64,000 nt of DNA from a virus: IMG/VR virus record IMGVR_UViG_2706795428_000001, positions 46,838-110,837 of that record; one strand, 5' to 3'. The notes under the pieces were generated by a model. That model was not told the DNA's origin, made no database searches, and saw nothing but the letters and a program-made list of their open reading frames with translations. Every line of letters begins with the position of its first letter. Positions within the stretch are counted from its first letter, which is position 1. This document shows, in pieces, positions 47,883-57,828 of this stretch. A program made the translations under genes and the position numbers.

Positions 47883-48110
47883 TCAGTATTCACCGATGAT
47901 ATTGTTTGCAGTTGTCCCTGTCGCAAGAACTTTTTGAGCTTTCATTTCTATTGTTCCACCTGCAGGGACAACATAAACAACGTTTGCCCCAGAAAGAGGT
48001 TGGATTGCAACGTTTCCTGCAACACCGACCTTAAATCTTAGAATTGATGGTGAAACATTTGCTGAATCACTTGGTGTAATCGGAACGGGATATTTGAAAA
48101 TTCTGTCCAT
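47883..48110 (-). CDS. RcGTA spike-base (Rcc01079-like) head decoration protein
   Basis: ITPSDS...VGVAGNV...VPAG...KVLATGTTA; TAAATA box upstream. Confidence 0.6.
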   Translation of the reverse strand: MDRIFKYPVPITPSDSANVSPSILRFKVGVAGNVAIQPLSGANVVYVVPAGGTIEMKAQKVLATGTTANNIIGEY

Positions 48111-48148
48111 AAGATTTCTCTTTTGCTAGCATTCTCATTATTTAACGC

Positions 48149-48177
48149 TTTACTTCTGTTTCAACGAGTTTTAGAGT
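48149..48177 (+). promoter_or_regulatory. early promoter
   Basis: TTTACT-N17-TAGAGT plus shared leader. Confidence 0.75.
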
Positions 48178-48215
48178 TCATCATAAGGTTTGGTTGAAAC
48201 GAAGGAGAAAGTGAA

Positions 48216-48416
48216 ATGGCGAAGCGCACTTTTAATGAAGATGGTACTTTCAGCAAAGAAGCTGATGATGCAGTTCGCATGGTTAATTCCAAGCTTCGTG
48301 AAATTTTCGATGTTCTGGAAACCGAAGGTTTCAATGGCCGCGAAGCGTGTCACTTGATTCAGATGGAAATTATGGCGATTTCCCTGGCGAAAGTCATTTG
48401 TCAACGAAAGAAGTAA
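48216..48416 (+). CDS. early hypothetical protein
   Basis: Strong SD. Confidence 0.6.
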   Translation: MAKRTFNEDGTFSKEADDAVRMVNSKLREIFDVLETEGFNGREACHLIQMEIMAISLAKVICQRKK

Positions 48417-48420
48417 TTTC

Positions 48421-48627
48421 ATGAAAAATCATGTTTATGTTATTCGAGATTATGACGGTGTATGTGGCGGTGAATGTTTGATTTCATTTTCATATGTCCC
48501 ATCTAAAGGTGAATTGAAAAAACATGCCAAGAAATATAAGAAGAAATTTCATATTAATGGTGATACGACTCTTCATCGTTTAATCGATGAAAATCACTAT
48601 GAAGCCACAGCAATCATAAAGGTTTAA
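48421..48627 (+). CDS. early hypothetical protein
   Basis: ORF in the island. Confidence 0.5.
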   Translation: MKNHVYVIRDYDGVCGGECLISFSYVPSKGELKKHAKKYKKKFHINGDTTLHRLIDENHYEATAIIKV

Positions 48628-48628
48628 A

Positions 48629-49030
48629 ATGTCTTACATTGATGATGCATACAAGAAAGAAATCTCTGATTTTCTTTCAGATGTCGTTGGAGTAGTCGAA
48701 TGTGACTCATATGGTCGTATGATGCTTTGGAAAGAAAACCATGAACGATATAAGTGGGAAGAATCCCGCCACGGTTATGGTCCGACAGTCGGATACCTTG
48801 CAGATATGCCAGTCTGTATAAGCATTAGGAAAGTCGTGGTCGATGGGCTACCAATTCTTAAGATTGATGCAACGAGTACTGTTGTAGATTGGAGACTGAT
48901 CGACAAATGGCTGAATGATAATCTTCCTAAGACCGCTTTCAAGAGTAATGGGTATCTTAACAAAAAAGATGCTCAAAATTTTCATAATGTTCTCTTTGAT
49001 GCTCAAGAAAGGGTGAAGAACAATGCTTGA
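48629..49030 (+). CDS. early hypothetical protein
   Basis: ORF in the island. Confidence 0.55.
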   Translation: MSYIDDAYKKEISDFLSDVVGVVECDSYGRMMLWKENHERYKWEESRHGYGPTVGYLADMPVCISIRKVVVDGLPILKIDATSTVVDWRLIDKWLNDNLPKTAFKSNGYLNKKDAQNFHNVLFDAQERVKNNA

Positions 49031-49355
49031 AGTTGGAAAGAAGTATCGATATAGTTTCGATGGTGATATTTTGGAATTTGAAGTAACATACATTCAAGAT
49101 ACTGTTATTGTTTTCAAATATACGAAAAACACTGTCAATCAGGATCGTCTAGGATTTTCAGATACATGTTCAAGTGAAAGTCATATGGCAGAAAACAGTG
49201 TCGAAATTGTAGATACAAGTAAAATTGTCAAGACTGAACAAGATTTGACAATCACTCGTGAGCCTGATGAATTCATTGATTATGGTCGATCATTACAGTT
49301 GTCTGTCCGAGAAATTGTTCCCGATGATATTTCAGAAGCAGTGAAATTCGCCTGA
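49023..49355 (+). CDS. early hypothetical protein
   Basis: Coupled ORF. Confidence 0.5.
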   Translation: MLEVGKKYRYSFDGDILEFEVTYIQDTVIVFKYTKNTVNQDRLGFSDTCSSESHMAENSVEIVDTSKIVKTEQDLTITREPDEFIDYGRSLQLSVREIVPDDISEAVKFA

Positions 49356-49457
49356 GTTACTATCATAAAGGTGGAGCAATTACAAAAACCGAATTCAATC
49401 TTTCTCAAGAAGAACGATTTGCAATTGTAAATTTTCTAGAGGATCACAAATACTGAT

Positions 49458-51107
49458 TTACCATTCTCCGAACATTGAATCATGATTATTGAATGAAATT
49501 GTCGCAGGCATCTCCAATTCATCTTCATCAAATTCCGAACCATTGGAAATGAATCCGAAAGGTAACATTGAATCGCTGATCAACTTTTCATTGTCTTTGG
49601 AAAGAATTGCTCGAATGTCTGCATCTGCGATTTCTTTGAAGTACTCCTGATTGACAAGCCATGCGAATAATACGCAACACATTACGAGATCATCATGTGA
49701 TCCTTCTTCTGCTGCGTAAGAATTCTTCGATTGGACGAAGTGTTTCAATTCATCGATAATATCTTCGTCAGTCACGATGAGCTTCTGACCTTCCATCATT
49801 GATTTCAGGTTTGCACAACCAATTCTTTTGACTGGTGTTGTTGTACGAACACCAAAAACTGGTTGAGTTCCTCCGTATCCTCCGCCGATTTGCTGTCCTT
49901 TTTGTCCCTTTGCTTGTACGAGAAGCATATTCTCGTATTCGAAATCATTGAAAAGAATATCAGAAACAACTTGACCAATATCGTTGATTTCGACTAGAAC
50001 AAAAGCGTCATTATAAGATTTTGCAAATTGATAGATGTATTGCGGAAAGATAAGGTGTGATACCGTATTATCTTTGTATTTTGCGACAACTTTATAAGGA
50101 TATTCAGTAATATCGAATACCACGAATGCTGAAAAGTCATTGCCCACTCCACGAGCAACATCAGCAACGATGACGTAATTCCCGTTCGGTTTGGGTCTGT
50201 CATAGACATATACTTGTTCAGAGCGTTCTAAAGGATCAACAGAACTCAATCGACCAAGACATGCACCAGAAATGAGTGTATATGATGAACCTAAGAACTC
50301 ACATTCAAATTCACCCATGAATTGAATGAGTGAAGTGTTCCTGATTGTTTCTTCTTTCCATTTTTCATCCCGGCCGGGAACTTGACTCCAATGAACAAAG
50401 TGTAATACGTAATCATTTTTACCTTGTTCAGAATCACTCCAGATCTTTTGGAAAAGATCATACCCCTTTGGAGTAGTAGTAAGGATGATTTTCGAATCTT
50501 TACCCGAAGAAATCACAGGATAAACTGAAGTGAAAAAATCTTCTTGAATATTTCTAGGGACATGCGAAAACTCGTCAAGGTAGAGTAAAGAAATAGATCT
50601 ACCTCTGATAGCGGAACCAGAAGTTGCAGATGTAATAATTGTAGAACCGTTTTCTAGTTCAATCGATCCTTTGTTCCAAGAAATTACGCCTTGCTGTAAC
50701 CATTTTGGAATATGTTCATATGCTAATTGAAGACGAGAAAGAATTTCAATAGATTGTGATGCTTTGTTAGCAAGAATTGCAATTGAATAATGTTCTTGAA
50801 AAAGAATGCACCATAACATAAAACATGCTACAGTAGTGCTTTTTGCACTTTGGCGAGATTGCATACATGCAACTCGTCGATTATTCTGCATCTTTCGAAT
50901 GAATTCGATTTGATAATCACGAAGTTTGATTTGCACTAGACCATGATCTAGTGTGATGATCTTTACATAATTGTTAATGAAATAAATTGGATCTGCTGCA
51001 CATTTTGCATATTCTTGCAATTGATGTGGAGTATATTCAATTTCAGTGTATGGCGATTTAAGATTCGGGTTGCCATTATATGAAGTAACAGTCATGAAAA
51101 ATCCCAA
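49458..51107 (-). CDS. 17: terminase large subunit (T4 gp17)
   Basis: YNGNPNLK, SRQSAKST, LYLDEF, TTPKG, ADVARGVG.D.SA, HDDLVM; start may be 51095. Confidence 0.97.
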   Translation of the reverse strand: MGFFMTVTSYNGNPNLKSPYTEIEYTPHQLQEYAKCAADPIYFINNYVKIITLDHGLVQIKLRDYQIEFIRKMQNNRRVACMQSRQSAKSTTVACFMLWCILFQEHYSIAILANKASQSIEILSRLQLAYEHIPKWLQQGVISWNKGSIELENGSTIITSATSGSAIRGRSISLLYLDEFSHVPRNIQEDFFTSVYPVISSGKDSKIILTTTPKGYDLFQKIWSDSEQGKNDYVLHFVHWSQVPGRDEKWKEETIRNTSLIQFMGEFECEFLGSSYTLISGACLGRLSSVDPLERSEQVYVYDRPKPNGNYVIVADVARGVGNDFSAFVVFDITEYPYKVVAKYKDNTVSHLIFPQYIYQFAKSYNDAFVLVEINDIGQVVSDILFNDFEYENMLLVQAKGQKGQQIGGGYGGTQPVFGVRTTTPVKRIGCANLKSMMEGQKLIVTDEDIIDELKHFVQSKNSYAAEEGSHDDLVMCCVLFAWLVNQEYFKEIADADIRAILSKDNEKLISDSMLPFGFISNGSEFDEDELEMPATISFNNHDSMFGEW

Positions 51108-51153
51108 GGGTTTGAACTCTTGGGATTAATTAGTATTACAAATTTAAATTTGT

Positions 51154-52176
51154 TTATGATCTTAGAAAAAGAATAGAGTCGTCAATAGTTTGATACTGTT
51201 TACCCCTCTTCATATCAGAATGCCAAACAATTTTGACGCCAAATCCTTTGGATTTTGCGTAATCTATTTTCATTGAATCGGTTTTCCATGTATCTGCAGC
51301 AATCGTACCATTAACACGATTAACAGTATTGGCTGAATAGATTTGCGGATTCATGTGCCAGAAATCTCCATTAAATTCGATGATCTTATTTTTATATCGA
51401 ATATCATAAACATACCTTTTGTTTAATTCTTCATTATACAAAGAGAATTGAACGTCAACTTCTTGTCCTAATTTTTCTTCAAGTTTAATTCTGAAATTTT
51501 GTTCAGCTTTTGAAGTTGGTCCCGATGCATTTTTAGATTTGTTAATTCGATTAATTTCTTCTTGAGGTTTTTCGTAAAGAGAAGTTTGCCATCTATTCTG
51601 CCGGTTTTCCCAAATTTTTCTACCTTCCTCTTCTCCATACTTTTCTATACATTTTTGAAGAGAAAATGTTGATTGTCTTTCTGAAAGCAATCGTTCAGCT
51701 TCTGCGACATTACCATCAGTTTTCTTGAGCCAATATTCTATCGTTGTAGAATTATTTCCGTTGTCTGCTCTTGTTTTAGAAACACGATCATGAATTTTCG
51801 GATCATAATCTCCAACAAATTTTGGAGAAAATGGAGATAATTTTCCACCATGTTGATATCCAGGATTTTTATCACCAAGTAATCGTTCTACTTGTTTTGA
51901 TCCTTTAAGGTTTTTAAGATTATATTTCTTAAGATATTCGTCGCGAGTAATTTCATCACCATGAACTTTCTTTAGATGCCAACCCAAATCGTCGCTTCTG
52001 AATCCGCATAATCTACATTCATGATAATCAATTCCTTCAACAAATTTATCTTCAGACCATTTTGCATAATTTTGAGAAGTCTTATAATTTTTCTTACATT
52101 GTGGTGTACAAAATTTTGCATTATAAGATTTCGCTCGAAATTCTTTATCACAAAATAAACAATTTTTAATTGACAT
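51154..52176 (-). CDS. free-standing Vsr/DUF559-like homing endonuclease with N-terminal zinc fingers
   Basis: CLFC...FC...C, CRLC...HL...H; SKAEQ...YDI...IIEFNGDFWH...D..K...A...GF...IVW. Confidence 0.75.
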   Translation of the reverse strand: MSIKNCLFCDKEFRAKSYNAKFCTPQCKKNYKTSQNYAKWSEDKFVEGIDYHECRLCGFRSDDLGWHLKKVHGDEITRDEYLKKYNLKNLKGSKQVERLLGDKNPGYQHGGKLSPFSPKFVGDYDPKIHDRVSKTRADNGNNSTTIEYWLKKTDGNVAEAERLLSERQSTFSLQKCIEKYGEEEGRKIWENRQNRWQTSLYEKPQEEINRINKSKNASGPTSKAEQNFRIKLEEKLGQEVDVQFSLYNEELNKRYVYDIRYKNKIIEFNGDFWHMNPQIYSANTVNRVNGTIAADTWKTDSMKIDYAKSKGFGVKIVWHSDMKRGKQYQTIDDSILFLRS

Positions 52177-52284
52177 TACTAATACTCCTTAGATACAAGT
52201 ATTCATTAGATCCTTTCACACGATTCATATTATAGGATCTAATATTATACTACAACATAGAATAAAGTAAAGTGATTTATTTGC

Positions 52285-52313
52285 TTTACAGAATTATCAA
52301 GAAAGGTTAGAGT
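52285..52313 (+). promoter_or_regulatory. early promoter
   Basis: TTTACA-N17-TAGAGT. Confidence 0.7.
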
Positions 52314-52338
52314 TCATTATCATCCTCAATAAGGAGAA

Positions 52339-52665
52339 TTGATCATGGATATGTCATCTGCTTGTTTTCCTGCTCGTGCTGGACGTTATACAGCTGAAGA
52401 TGAAAAGCATCCGTTGTTTCCGAAATATCGTGAGTATCGTTACAACATGCAGCGACTCATGGTAAACAGTTCGGATTTCAAGGATTGGCTTCGTCAAACT
52501 CTACAACAGCAAAAGGATGACGAACTGGCTGCTCATCCTCGTTTCAAAGAATGGCAGAATTGGTTTCGTGACAATCGAAAGGGTTACGATAAAACTCTGC
52601 CGAATGGTCAACCTGGTTATTGGAGAACCAATTTCCTTTACTGGCTCGAGAACGGACCTTACTGA
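52339..52665 (+). CDS. early hypothetical protein
   Basis: SD AAGGAG. Confidence 0.55.
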   Translation: MIMDMSSACFPARAGRYTAEDEKHPLFPKYREYRYNMQRLMVNSSDFKDWLRQTLQQQKDDELAAHPRFKEWQNWFRDNRKGYDKTLPNGQPGYWRTNFLYWLENGPY

Positions 52666-52934
52666 TGGTCACCAAATCAGCATACACGAGATACAATTCG
52701 TCTGAATATGGTGTCAAGTATTATGCTGACACCTGGGATGAAATGATTGAAAAAATTTACAAAATCCGCCCCGACATGTATATCGAAGGAAGTGTTGGAT
52801 TTTATAGATCTATCATGAGTAAAACAACTCGAAATCTTATCGGAATTGCAAAATGTCCTCCAAGAAATGGAAGATATTGGTTTCGAGTTGTGCCTGAAGG
52901 ATATATTGAAGAAATCTATTCTGAAACTTCTTGA
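52620..52934 (+). CDS. early hypothetical protein
   Basis: ORF in the island; true start probably downstream. Confidence 0.5.
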   Translation: MENQFPLLARERTLLMVTKSAYTRYNSSEYGVKYYADTWDEMIEKIYKIRPDMYIEGSVGFYRSIMSKTTRNLIGIAKCPPRNGRYWFRVVPEGYIEEIYSETS

Positions 52935-53341
52935 TTTCCTTTCAGAAGTTTCAGAACATCTGCAGTTGTCATGACAAGGTTATTGTTGATAGTCGTTGGA
53001 GCATTTGGATCTTTTTCATCGACTTTCATGATTTCTTTTTTCTTTTTGTGAAGATCAAGAAGTGTTTCAGAAGATTTTGTGATATGAGCAAGCATTCCTC
53101 CAAGAACCTCATAAGCTCTTGGATGTTCTGAAGCTTTGGCGAGATTTACCATATCATCTAATGCAGCCGCAGCCTTTTCGATTGCTTTTCTGATTTGTTC
53201 TTGAGCAAATTCGAAATCAGTTTCAGAAGATTGAGGTTTCTCGTCTTGCAATTGAATCACAGGAAGAGTTTCAGGTTCGTCTTGTTGAATTTCGTGAAGA
53301 GGAGTTACTCCAAATGCTTCTGCTAAAGAATCTTTGATCAT
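52916..53341 (-). CDS. 16: terminase small subunit (T4 gp16)
   Basis: DFEFAQEQI...ASEHPRAYEV...LLDLHKKKK...TINNNLVMTTADVLKLL. Confidence 0.92.
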   Translation of the reverse strand: MIKDSLAEAFGVTPLHEIQQDEPETLPVIQLQDEKPQSSETDFEFAQEQIRKAIEKAAAALDDMVNLAKASEHPRAYEVLGGMLAHITKSSETLLDLHKKKKEIMKVDEKDPNAPTTINNNLVMTTADVLKLLKGNQEVSE

Positions 53342-53380
53342 GTTACTGCTTTATGAAAACTGTTTCTTTAACTTATTCAA

Positions 53381-53416
53381 AAGAAAAAGCTCTGAGAAAT
53401 CTCAGAGCTTTTTCTT
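53381..53416. terminator. bidirectional intrinsic terminator
   Basis: AAGAAAAAGCTCTGAG-AAAT-CTCAGAGCTTTTTCTT. Confidence 0.85.
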
Positions 53417-53434
53417 CGTTAAAAATTGAATGTA

Positions 53435-54019
53435 TTATCGAACCTTGAAAGGTGTAAATCGAGCAATAGTATTGGATGTTGCAATAGCAGTAATTGCGAC
53501 GTTACCAGTTACTGGGACAACTTCTGGAGTATTTCCAAAAATTTTCATAGTTCCATTCGCAGTAGTTGAAGCAGCATTCGCATCAGTTCGAATAAAAATA
53601 TCAGAATCGGCAGTAACTCGAACATATTTCGTGGAAATTGATGGAGTGAAAACAACAGTACTGGTAGCGTTCACTGAAGCAGTAATCGATAGAGCGCAAT
53701 CAAGAACAGGATCTTGATCAGTGGACGGTGAAGCAACAACGCTGTTATTCGCTAGAGCAACGGTATTGTTTGCCAGAGAAAATGTCGAATTCGAAAGACT
53801 TACTGGAATAGCATTAGCATTTTTAATAAGAACTGAAACGTTCGCGGTAATAGTATTTGCAATTGTCTGTAAAGATGCTACAGTATTTGCAATGAGATTT
53901 GTCAAAACAAGACGTTGAGCATCATCTTCGTGATGCACTGTTGCGACAGTGTTTGATCCGAGATCAGTTGTTCCGAGAGACAGAATTGTATTGTCTGCGG
54001 TAACTACATTAAGTGTCAT
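53435..54019 (-). CDS. putative virion protein (N/T/A-rich)
   Basis: Composition and position in the late module. Confidence 0.5.
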   Translation of the reverse strand: MTLNVVTADNTILSLGTTDLGSNTVATVHHEDDAQRLVLTNLIANTVASLQTIANTITANVSVLIKNANAIPVSLSNSTFSLANNTVALANNSVVASPSTDQDPVLDCALSITASVNATSTVVFTPSISTKYVRVTADSDIFIRTDANAASTTANGTMKIFGNTPEVVPVTGNVAITAIATSNTIARFTPFKVR

Positions 54020-54022
54020 TTC

Positions 54023-54385
54023 TTATAAGGCTCCAATTAATGCATTACCTGGAACAAATAGATTCATTGAACCAGAGTATGCGGATTGATTTGTTTTATT
54101 CCACGCGGTTTCCATAATCTTTTTGTTATTTAAGAATGTGTAATTCTTGATTCTGTTTACTAAAGTTGTCGGATCAGTTGCAAGATCTGAAGTGATATTA
54201 CCCGAAGCGTCATATGAATATCGATGCACACAACTGTGAGGATCAAAAAGATCGCCATCAGAATCATAAACCATATTGATTTGGATCGGTGTATAGATAT
54301 CATTGACACCACCCAAGGGTTTTTTGAGAGCATTGAAATTTAGTTTTTGGTTCAGACCATCTCGAATGATGAATTGATCGACCAT
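54023..54385 (-). CDS. putative virion protein
   Basis: ATAAGTA late box upstream. Confidence 0.5.
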   Translation of the reverse strand: MVDQFIIRDGLNQKLNFNALKKPLGGVNDIYTPIQINMVYDSDGDLFDPHSCVHRYSYDASGNITSDLATDPTTLVNRIKNYTFLNNKKIMETAWNKTNQSAYSGSMNLFVPGNALIGAL

Positions 54386-54421
54386 TTCTACTCTCTTATA
54401 GTTTGTTTGAAATACTTATGA

Positions 54422-55309
54422 TCAAGTGATGACTGGCATATAATTTGAATTACCATTTTCATCGAATTCTAGATTACCATATTCAATGCTTGGAGTATCA
54501 TCGCGGTTGATTCCGAAATATTCAAAGATGAATCCATAATCATCATCTTTGTTAATTAATCCTTCGTCGATTGAAAGAAGAGGATCATTTGTCGGTAAAC
54601 CATCTTCTGTAAGACCAGGGCGAATATGAATTCTTTGCAGGAAATCTTTCTTTGAAATGTCGCCATAAAACGAAAGATCGATATGTTTAATGACTTTCGA
54701 TTTCCCAATCGGGCCATAGTAGAATGCTTTGATGATGAAATCCAGATTCCAAACAATGACTCGTTCGTCGGTTTTCAGAAATCCTTCGTAAGTATCTTCG
54801 ACTTCAACATTTCCAAGAACAATCGGAATATCTCTGGTTTCATTCATTTCCGGAATGAGTTTCATTGGAATTGTCAATTCTGGAGTGAATCTTGGAAGAA
54901 TTTGTTCAATAATTCGCATTCCATCATCGGCATTTCGAACAAGAATACTCAAACGAATATGAAGATCGTAAGGAACAGGTGTCGACATTTTCGTCAAAGT
55001 TCCACCGAATTCATTCGGCTTCTTTTGAAGATTTGTTGTATTCAGTTTTCGTTCTTCGGCATAACGAAATGAAACAAGATTAAAAGCCATTCTTGGAACG
55101 ACTCTTGAAATAACTTTTGCTAGATCAGGATTATCTTTGAGTCGAGCAAGATACCATTCTTTTGGTCCATAACTCAACGGGACTTTGATTGTTTTCTGAG
55201 TATTACCTTCGGCGTCGACACGATCAATATAGATGTCGTTGAAAAGAGATCCAAAAACCGTGATATACTTTCGATTTAATCCATGATAGTATTGATCAGC
55301 CATTTTCAA
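54422..55309 (-). CDS. 15: tail sheath stabilizer/terminator (T4 gp15)
   Basis: FGSLFNDIYI.R, VPLSYGPK, PVPYDL...L, EQILPRF.P. Confidence 0.92.
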   Translation of the reverse strand: MKMADQYYHGLNRKYITVFGSLFNDIYIDRVDAEGNTQKTIKVPLSYGPKEWYLARLKDNPDLAKVISRVVPRMAFNLVSFRYAEERKLNTTNLQKKPNEFGGTLTKMSTPVPYDLHIRLSILVRNADDGMRIIEQILPRFTPELTIPMKLIPEMNETRDIPIVLGNVEVEDTYEGFLKTDERVIVWNLDFIIKAFYYGPIGKSKVIKHIDLSFYGDISKKDFLQRIHIRPGLTEDGLPTNDPLLSIDEGLINKDDDYGFIFEYFGINRDDTPSIEYGNLEFDENGNSNYMPVIT

Positions 55310-56091
55310 TATCTTCCGTATGGATTGTCTTCAGTGAAATCGATGATATCTTCAGATGAATCTTGAAACAATTGATTCTGAGAAAGTTTTTTAGGAGATG
55401 CTTTATCTTCTTTCATTTCTTGATGATTTTCTGATTCAAGTGAAGTTCCATTTTCAAGATCAATTTCAAGAGACGACAATCCAAGATTTTCTTCTTGGAT
55501 TGTCGCGCCATCTTCAGTCTGAAGAAGTTCTCCTCCAGAAATTTGAACAGTGAAAGGATCTGTATCGAAAGAAAATTGATTTTCAATTCTATCCAAAGCA
55601 TCAATTCCTGTATCAAAGTCTTCATTCGAGTAAGTGAATCGTTCACATTCGAGATCATAGTAATAGAGTTTTCCTTGTTGATAGAAAGCATCTTCGTGTT
55701 CAACATATTTGATTTCGAAAACAGCCTTAGTCATAGGAATATAGACAAGATCTCCTTCAAGAGGCCTTGTAAGTCCTGGAAATTCCTCTTGCCAGCGTTT
55801 GATAGCAACTGTAAGAGTGAGTTTGTCGTTGGTTGAAATGTCTCCAAATTTCGAGAACATATCGCTCATACCACCATATCCGTAGTATGATTTGATTTGC
55901 ATTTCGATTTCTTTTGTGTTCTCGAAACGACTCAAAGGATCTTCAAGAAACAGCGGATCAATGTTGATATGAGAACGCTGAACATAGATTACATTAATAC
56001 CATAGATTTGAATTGCTTCAATCGAAAGTTCTTCGAGTAGATTTTGTTCGGATGTGAAATCGTAATTGTTGAAAAATGGGTTGGTAGACAA
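55306..56091 (-). CDS. 14: neck protein (T4 gp14)
   Basis: EQNLLEEL..EAIQIYG..V.YV.R, RPLEGDLVY.P...FEIKYVEHE. Confidence 0.92.
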   Translation of the reverse strand: MSTNPFFNNYDFTSEQNLLEELSIEAIQIYGINVIYVQRSHINIDPLFLEDPLSRFENTKEIEMQIKSYYGYGGMSDMFSKFGDISTNDKLTLTVAIKRWQEEFPGLTRPLEGDLVYIPMTKAVFEIKYVEHEDAFYQQGKLYYYDLECERFTYSNEDFDTGIDALDRIENQFSFDTDPFTVQISGGELLQTEDGATIQEENLGLSSLEIDLENGTSLESENHQEMKEDKASPKKLSQNQLFQDSSEDIIDFTEDNPYGRY

Positions 56092-56096
56092 TCACT

Positions 56097-56840
56097 TCAT
56101 CCTTCATAGAAATCGAGTTGCGGTCCGATGCTTTCTGGAGCCTTTGCTTCAAGTTCTTCGATTTCTTTTATTGCATCATTAAGAATTCGTTCACCATTGA
56201 ATTCGCCGCCGCCAGGAAGTTTTTGTCCGATAAATTTGGTAAGATTTTCACCCCATTGACGTTTGATTAATGCTGTTGCATATTTTTTGAGCCAACGATC
56301 ATTCCAAACATCATCGTATTCATCTGGATCAATTACTTGTTGGCATTCAAAGACGACATATTCACCTTCATCAATTCTATCCCAATTCATATCAATGTAT
56401 ACACGATTCATGTGACGATTGTAACGAAGTGGTTGTTCACCAACAAGAATTTGTTGAATCAATTCAAGATATTGCAATGTTATGAAATATGGAGCAAGAC
56501 TCACCGAAGTCAAATCATACAAATCATTTAACGCAATCTGATAACGAATATCAAAGAAATTGGTAGTTGAAACATATTGACCAATGGGAAAAATTCTTAC
56601 AACGCCTACAATGTTTTCTGGTAATGTAATATACCCATTGTTTCTATCTTGAGTTGTCACTTGATATTTGTAATACTGTTTGATAGATCCGTCGTAATGA
56701 TGGTCGGCGTAATATTGAAGAGCATCAGTGATTCTATCATCGACCTGATCTTCAGAAACGTTGATCTTGATGACAGGGAAACCGAGTCGACGAAGACAAT
56801 ACTGCTTGAAAGTTTCTCGACTGTTTGGATTCTGAGCCAT
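56097..56840 (-). CDS. 13: neck protein (T4 gp13)
   Basis: YCLRRLGFPVI.INV..DQVDDRI, WLKKYATALIKRQWG.NL.KF. Confidence 0.93.
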   Translation of the reverse strand: MAQNPNSRETFKQYCLRRLGFPVIKINVSEDQVDDRITDALQYYADHHYDGSIKQYYKYQVTTQDRNNGYITLPENIVGVVRIFPIGQYVSTTNFFDIRYQIALNDLYDLTSVSLAPYFITLQYLELIQQILVGEQPLRYNRHMNRVYIDMNWDRIDEGEYVVFECQQVIDPDEYDDVWNDRWLKKYATALIKRQWGENLTKFIGQKLPGGGEFNGERILNDAIKEIEELEAKAPESIGPQLDFYEG

Positions 56841-56859
56841 TGTTCATCCTTCTTTTCAA

Positions 56860-57825
56860 TTACTTAGAAGGAATTGGTCTACCGGATTGTTCTGGATGAA
56901 CTGGGACCATTTGAAGATTGTATGCTTCAAAGATAGAAGGCTTATGAAATTCTCTTAATTCCATTGCTTTCTTGAAATACTTTTGGATTTTCTCATCAAC
57001 ATTCGGATCAGATGGAATAAAAAATCCAGAGTATGGAGAAGCTAGAAGATGTTTCAAAGTTCTTTGAGCTACTTCGATAGGTTTATCTGCAACAAATTTG
57101 AAAACAGGATAGAATGCACCTTTATGTTCTGTAAAGAAATTTCCAACATTTTTCAGAGGAATTCCAAAAAGAACTGCATAAAGGCCCATTTCAGATGCAG
57201 AAGTGCTCCAGACTTCTTTGGCATTTTTTAGGTAATGCCAACCAGATTCGTTTCCATCGATGAAACGATCATATCCAAAATCTGCACAAATTGCTCTAAT
57301 TGTCCCTTCATTCGTGAAAGGATGAAATTTGGCGAGCACGTCCGGATTTTCCCAAAGAAGTCTTGCAAGAATTTCTTTTGAAACCATTTCTGGAAAGAGG
57401 TTTGATCCAGGAAGAAAAACGATTCTATCGACTGAATTGAATGATGGTGATTTCTTCAGAGAATATTTGTCAAGAGAACCTTGAGAGTCTAATCGATCTT
57501 GAAGAAATTTTTCAAGATGTTCGAAATCATTTACTGGAACAGATTGATTCAAACCAAATTCTGAAAGTTGAACGGCAATTTCAGATGATGCAGGAGAAAC
57601 CAGAATTCCACCAAACATTTCAGTATATGAAAACTCTTTGAAATATGGCCTCGAAAATCTTACCACATCATACGTACAATAATCGAGTGGACAATAATCT
57701 CTGATCTTTTGCTCAAGATCTTTTAAATCCTGAAGATGAGGATTTCTCAGATGTTGTTTGTCGCCAATCTTTTTTTCATGAACTTTCTTGTCAACAAGCC
57801 GTTCGTCGTGAAGAGGTAAACGCAT
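56860..57825 (-). CDS. KpsS/KpsC-like (GT-B fold) capsule-biosynthesis-type glycosyltransferase homolog
   Basis: LAKFHPF (KxHP), VWSTSASEMGLYAVLFGIP pattern. Confidence 0.55.
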   Translation of the reverse strand: MRLPLHDERLVDKKVHEKKIGDKQHLRNPHLQDLKDLEQKIRDYCPLDYCTYDVVRFSRPYFKEFSYTEMFGGILVSPASSEIAVQLSEFGLNQSVPVNDFEHLEKFLQDRLDSQGSLDKYSLKKSPSFNSVDRIVFLPGSNLFPEMVSKEILARLLWENPDVLAKFHPFTNEGTIRAICADFGYDRFIDGNESGWHYLKNAKEVWSTSASEMGLYAVLFGIPLKNVGNFFTEHKGAFYPVFKFVADKPIEVAQRTLKHLLASPYSGFFIPSDPNVDEKIQKYFKKAMELREFHKPSIFEAYNLQMVPVHPEQSGRPIPSK

Positions 57826-57828
57826 TAA

